From: Candidatus Woesearchaeota archaeon | GTDB lineage: Archaea > Nanobdellota > Nanobdellia > Woesearchaeales > JAZDKJ01 | Reading direction: 5' to 3' | DNA length: 35,910 nucleotides | Assembly: GCA_043815525.1 (NCBI GenBank) | Contig: JBDRIZ010000050.1 | Coordinates: 1-35,910, forward strand | Shown: piece after piece, positions 32,421 to 35,910 of the stretch | Layout of the letters: each line of letters begins with the position of its first letter | Numbering within the stretch: the first letter of the stretch is position 1 | The notes under the pieces: model-generated | The model's database searches: none | Seen by the model: only the letters and a program-made list of their open reading frames with translations | What the model was told of the DNA's origin: nothing | Made by a program: the position numbers and the translations under genes

Positions 32421-33947
32421 ATGAACATCAAGCTTCTCCTTGCCCCTGATTTTATTCCGCGGACCAAGTTTGCCTTGCCTCCGATGGGCATTGCCTCCAT
32501 TTCCGCAATGTTGAGGAGTGATGGCCATAAGGTTGAACAGGACGACCTGGACATCAAGTCGAGGAATATCGAATTATCTGTTTTCTCAAGGACAGATGAA
32601 ATCGAGCGCTATTTGTTGAAAAACAGTTCTTTTCCAGAACTTGAGCATACTCTTGACTCTCTCCTCAACCTCACCAGGACGAAAGGTTTTGACGTTTTTG
32701 GCCTTTCTGTTGCAGAGCCTTCCCATCTTGTTGCTGCTTTGTGCCTTGCAAAAAGGATTAAGGACCTGACAAAGGCGATTATTGTGATTGGTGGCAGGGT
32801 CTCAATTAGCCAGTCTTTGCTCAGGTACGGATTTATTGATTATGTTATCACCGGTGACGCAGAGCATTCGTTCTCTTCTCTTTTGCGCTGCCTCGAAGGC
32901 AAATCCAGTCTGCAGAATGTTCCTGGTTTGGCCTATAGGGATACTGCAGTAAAGCAAAATCCGGTTGTCCAAAGTGACTTGGAATCAATCCCTGCTCCTG
33001 ACTTTGAAGGCCTGCCAATTGAACTGTATTGCCATAACGCCTTTGACACTGTTGACCCTTACTATGAGACATACAACAAGCCTTTCCCGCTTGGCTCAGA
33101 TTCCAAGGTTTTGATGCTGCCGTACCTTCTCACCAAGGGTTGTAGTTTCTCGTGCTCTTTTTGCGGTGTTTCAGCCTCAAAAAAACAAAGCATATTGTAT
33201 AAGAGCGCTGAAAAGATTGCAGCCGAACTTGATAGTTTGAAGAAGAAATACAGGACAAGATATTTCTTTCTTATGGACAGCACCCTGAACTGCAGTTATA
33301 AGTGGCTTGAAGATGTGTGTGGCAAGATTAGTTCAGCTGATATCTTGTGGTCTGACTCTGCGACTCCCATGCACTTTCCTGCAGGCCTTCTCAGGAAGAT
33401 GCGCTCTGCAGGCTGCGTTAGGCTTACCTGGGGTGTTGAGTCTTTGTCAGATCCCATTCTGAAAAAGATGAGTAAGCCATTTACTGCAGAAATCGCAAAA
33501 TCCACCTTGAAGGACTCACATGATGCAGGCATCTGGAACTACACAAACTGGGTGGCTGGATTTCCGCACGAGACTGAGTCTATGCTTAACGAGACGCTAG
33601 CAAATATAAGAACCAGTAAAGCCTGGATAGATGACTACACTGTCACAGGCTTTATTTTGCAGCAGTCAGAAATCTACAACAGTCCGCAGAAGTATTGCAT
33701 TAATATTGGCGCAAAGTCTTCCTATCTTGACTCTGCAAAGGACAGGATGGAGACCGATTCCTTTGATGAGATTGGCGGCCTTTCATGGAAAGATAAGCAG
33801 AAGCAGATTGATGATTTTAGGCGAAGAATGGTGGCCGCTCTTGGCAATAGCTTGAATCCATTGCCAATGCATACTGTGTTTTACCTTTATGACAAGTTCC
33901 ATGATAAGGAGAGTGTACTGTCATGGCTTAGGAGTATAGGCTTATGA
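32421..33947 (+). CDS. B12-binding-domain-type radical SAM protein (subfamily trio, member 3)
   Basis: Motifs: MNIKLLLAPDF...PPMGIASISAMLRSDGHKVEQDDLDIK, TKGCSFSCSFC, ILWSDSATPM, FDEIGGLSWKDKQK. Confidence 0.9.
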   Translation: MNIKLLLAPDFIPRTKFALPPMGIASISAMLRSDGHKVEQDDLDIKSRNIELSVFSRTDEIERYLLKNSSFPELEHTLDSLLNLTRTKGFDVFGLSVAEPSHLVAALCLAKRIKDLTKAIIVIGGRVSISQSLLRYGFIDYVITGDAEHSFSSLLRCLEGKSSLQNVPGLAYRDTAVKQNPVVQSDLESIPAPDFEGLPIELYCHNAFDTVDPYYETYNKPFPLGSDSKVLMLPYLLTKGCSFSCSFCGVSASKKQSILYKSAEKIAAELDSLKKKYRTRYFFLMDSTLNCSYKWLEDVCGKISSADILWSDSATPMHFPAGLLRKMRSAGCVRLTWGVESLSDPILKKMSKPFTAEIAKSTLKDSHDAGIWNYTNWVAGFPHETESMLNETLANIRTSKAWIDDYTVTGFILQQSEIYNSPQKYCINIGAKSSYLDSAKDRMETDSFDEIGGLSWKDKQKQIDDFRRRMVAALGNSLNPLPMHTVFYLYDKFHDKESVLSWLRSIGL

Positions 33948-34857
33948 GCAGCGAAATGTTTCGCCAGCCGAAAAGGTTTGACGTACAGCTGGGGTATGGT
34001 TGCGATAATAAGTGCGTTTTCTGCTGTGTTGGTTTTAGGGACAAGAGAAAGAACAAGTCTGCAGGAGAGGTTCTTGAGTCTATTGCCAAAGCAAGGTTAA
34101 ATGGCGCAAAAAAGTGTGCTTCTCAGGAGGCGAGCCTTTTTCAAGGCCTGATATTGCAGAGTTGATTGCTGCAGCAAAAAATGAGGGCTTTTCTGATATT
34201 TGGGCAATCAGCAATGGTCGCATGCTTTCAAAGCAGGGCTTGGCGAAGAAGGTTGTCCAGGCAGGCCTGACAGGTATTTGCATAAGCTGCCACAGTTCCT
34301 GCAAGGATTTGAACAATTACCTCGCAGGCAAAAAGGACAATTTCAGGAAAGTGAAAAATGCATTGGCAAACCTCAGGCAGTACAAGATCAGGATTTCCAG
34401 CAATACTGTCGTAATGAAATCAAACTGCACAGAGCTTGCTCAAATAATTGATTTTCTAATCAGGAACGGTGTAAACGCTTTTTCCTCTCTGGTTTTTGTC
34501 ATGCCAAGCGAGAATGCCTGGCTGAACAGATGGCGGCTTGTTCCAAGGGTATCGTCTGTCATTCCATACGTCATTGAGGCCATAAATTTTGGTAAGAGCA
34601 AGGGTTTCTTGGTAAATACAGAAGGTTTTCCTTTCTGTTTGCTGCAGGGTTATGAAAACCATATTTCTGAGTTTGCCATGCCATTGGAGTGGTCTTCTGA
34701 TACTCCTGAGAGTTTCCATTCCGACCACTTGCAGCACATAAGGGATGGCAAGGCAAGAAGTGAGGAGTGCGGCAATTGCCTGTATAATAGTCAGTGCGGT
34801 GGCATCTGGGTCAACTACGCAAAGATTTATCCTTTGGATGAGTTTTGTACTCGCTAG
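33944..34857 (+). CDS. radical SAM protein, small paralogue family, split by a -1 frame change (33944..34165 plus 34114..34857)
   Basis: The first frame carries FDVQLGYGCDNKCVFCC and ends early at TGA 34163-34165. The second frame carries CFSGGEPFSRPD, CHSSCKDLNNYLAG, FPFCLLQGYE and CGNCLYNSQCGGIWVNYAKIYPLDEF. The frames join on gcAAAAAAGtg (34108-34114). Either a -1 slip or one extra A restores ...NGAKKVCFSGGEP... Confidence 0.8.
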
Positions 34858-35185
34858 TCCTTATCCTCTTTATTCCCTTCTTAAGGTATGGCAGGTCTTT
34901 TTCTATAACCATCCATACGCGTTCGATATTTACTCCAAAGTACGCGTGGCTTAATATGTCTCTTAGGCCTGCAATGTCTTTCCAGGGGATATCCGGGTAT
35001 TTCTCTCTAAAACCTGATGGAATGTTTTTGACAGCTTCTCCTATGACCTCCAGTTGCCTTATCACTGCGCTTTGCCTCAGCTTGTCTTTGGAAAATTTTT
35101 CCTTATTCAGTCCCAGGGTGAATTCCTCAATGTTTCTTATGCTTTCCAGGATGTCATCTACAAATAATCCTATGTCTCTTTTCAT
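34811..35185 (-). CDS. hepT: HepT-type HEPN (DUF86) toxin
   Basis: The 124-aa protein starts MKRDIGLFVDDILESIRNIEEF and has an Rx4H HEPN motif (RDILSH). An ATGA overlap links it to the upstream nucleotidyltransferase gene. The 3' end overlaps the convergent rSAM gene by 47 nt. Confidence 0.9.
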   Translation of the reverse strand: MKRDIGLFVDDILESIRNIEEFTLGLNKEKFSKDKLRQSAVIRQLEVIGEAVKNIPSGFREKYPDIPWKDIAGLRDILSHAYFGVNIERVWMVIEKDLPYLKKGIKRIRTSEYKTHPKDKSLRS

Positions 35186-35655
35186 ATTATCCTGTACTCC
35201 TCTTTTAAGGCCATCTCCTTTATTCTGGGCTTTATCGCTGTGTATTCCACCAGGTCAACTTTTTTCCCAAGCGCTGTCCCCAGCAGCCTGGAAAGTCTTA
35301 TGAAGTCAAGTAGGCTCATAGTCTCATCATCAACCTGGACAGCTATGTCAATATCGCTATTGTTCCTTTGTTTCCCTCTTGAATAGCTGCCGAAGATTCC
35401 TGCTCTTCGCACCTTGTTTTTCTTTAGTATGCCCCCTATTTTGCGCCGAATATTCTCAAGGCCATTCATATTTTTCCCAACCTTTTGAGGTTTCAATTCT
35501 TTGTCAGCAAGCGCTTCTTTTTTTGCAAGCAACCCTTGTGAAAGATTCTTGCCTAAGTATACCCTCTTCTTCCCAATTTTTTCCCCTCTTCTAATTGAGA
35601 TGACCCTATAAAAGTAGTTTTTCCCGTTAACCTTCCTTTTTTCTGTGTATGGCAT
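35182..35655 (-). CDS. mntA: MntA-type nucleotidyltransferase antitoxin with a basic N-terminal extension
   Basis: The NTase motif is GIFGSYSRGKQRNNSDIDIAV (GSx10-12DxD). The ORF track start is 35703. ATG 35655 (MPYTEKRKVNGKNYFYRV...) fits the TATA at 35675-35686. A minimal NTase could also start at ATG 35469 (MNGLENIRRKI...). Confidence 0.85.
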   Translation of the reverse strand: MPYTEKRKVNGKNYFYRVISIRRGEKIGKKRVYLGKNLSQGLLAKKEALADKELKPQKVGKNMNGLENIRRKIGGILKKNKVRRAGIFGSYSRGKQRNNSDIDIAVQVDDETMSLLDFIRLSRLLGTALGKKVDLVEYTAIKPRIKEMALKEEYRII

Positions 35656-35666
35656 AAGGTGTTTAT

Positions 35667-35699
35667 GTCTACAATATTTATAAATCTTTCGTTGTAGAC
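35667..35699 (-). promoter_or_regulatory. TATA-like box bracketed by an 8-bp inverted repeat (putative TA operator)
   Basis: gtctacaa (35667-35674) and ttgtagac (35692-35699) are perfect inverted repeats. They flank tatttataaatc, which reads as gatttataaata on the minus strand about 20 nt upstream of ATG 35655. Confidence 0.4.
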
Positions 35700-35745
35700 A
35701 CAAAGGGTGTTCTGCCGTTGCCTGCTTAAGGTGCTCATGAAATAA

Positions 35746-35759
35746 GGGGTTGCGACCCC
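35746..35759 (-). terminator. short GC hairpin followed by a T-rich tract on the minus strand
   Basis: ggggt-tgcg-acccc has a 5-bp stem. On the minus strand it is followed by ttattt and lies 30 nt downstream of the stop of the partial minus-strand ORF. Confidence 0.25.
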
Positions 35760-35788
35760 CTATAACCCCCTTCCGCCTTCGCTTCTCG

Positions 35789-35910
35789 TCAAGCCCTTGT
35801 GGGGCTAGCCGTATCGCGCTCGGCGGTAAAGTCGTTCAATCTTTGTTGTCGGTCATCGATTACTTTGATGTTGTGGTGGCGTTCTTGGTCGAGAATGTAG
35901 GCCGTTGACT
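35789..35910 (-). CDS. 3' fragment of a minus-strand CDS running off the window
   Basis: The reverse frame is open from the window edge: ...STAYILDQERHHNIKVIDDRQQRLNDFTAERDTASPTRA, with the stop (tca) at 35789-35791. This stretch is visibly more G+C-rich than the rest of the window. Only 39 codons are visible. Confidence 0.3.
   Translation of the reverse strand, partial: STAYILDQERHHNIKVIDDRQQRLNDFTAERDTASPTRA

Noticed and set aside
1-35910. Search for CRISPR arrays, tRNA or rRNA genes, and long direct or inverted DNA repeats marking a mobile element.
   Set aside because: By eye I found no regularly spaced direct repeats, no cloverleaf-compatible segment (the GC-rich stretch 35740-35830 lacks T-loop and acceptor complementarity), and no rRNA-like sequence. 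The only clear DNA repeat is the 2 x 90 nt in-frame duplication at 594-773. A computational repeat, tRNAscan and Infernal pass would be needed to be sure.

Overview
This is an almost fully coding, moderately AT-rich 35.9 kb window with about 38 genes. Its expression signals look archaeal. Each transcription unit has an A/T-rich TATA-like box about 20-30 nt upstream of the first ATG and no Shine-Dalgarno motif. Internal genes are chained by 1-26 nt start/stop overlaps (many ATGA), often with GGAGG-like motifs. All four convergent gene junctions overlap at their 3' ends.

The content is dominated by radical SAM (rSAM) enzymes, 18 rSAM domains in total.
- Twelve are paralogous small rSAM proteins (about 275-320 aa). 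They share a C-N-x-x-C-x-[FMY]-C cluster motif, a GGEPT-type SAM motif and a conserved 4-Cys C-terminal auxiliary-cluster motif. One is fused to DUF362 plus a 2x[4Fe-4S] ferredoxin. One is interrupted by a -1 frame change exactly on an A_AAA_AAG heptamer.
- Six are larger cobalamin-binding-type (class B-like) rSAM proteins.

Interleaved with these are:
- a corrinoid methyl-transfer trio: an ASKHA/DUF4445 activase-like protein, a URO-D/MtaA-like methyltransferase and a DxHxxG corrinoid protein;
- two membrane-anchored SGNH hydrolases;
- a GT-C-like polytopic membrane protein;
- a TPR protein;
- four paralogous anchored or secreted proteins;
- a small Zn-ribbon protein;
- a Cys-motif protein;
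- a first gene carrying a tandem DPLGIA[RK]PWEE repeat.

The right edge holds a DUF4143 AAA ATPase and a HepT/MntA toxin-antitoxin pair. I recognised no rRNA, tRNA or CRISPR array.

I interpret 171-34857 as an uncharacterised rSAM- and cobalamin-dependent modification system acting on a peptide, protein or envelope substrate. All functional assignments rest on motifs read by eye. No database search was possible.
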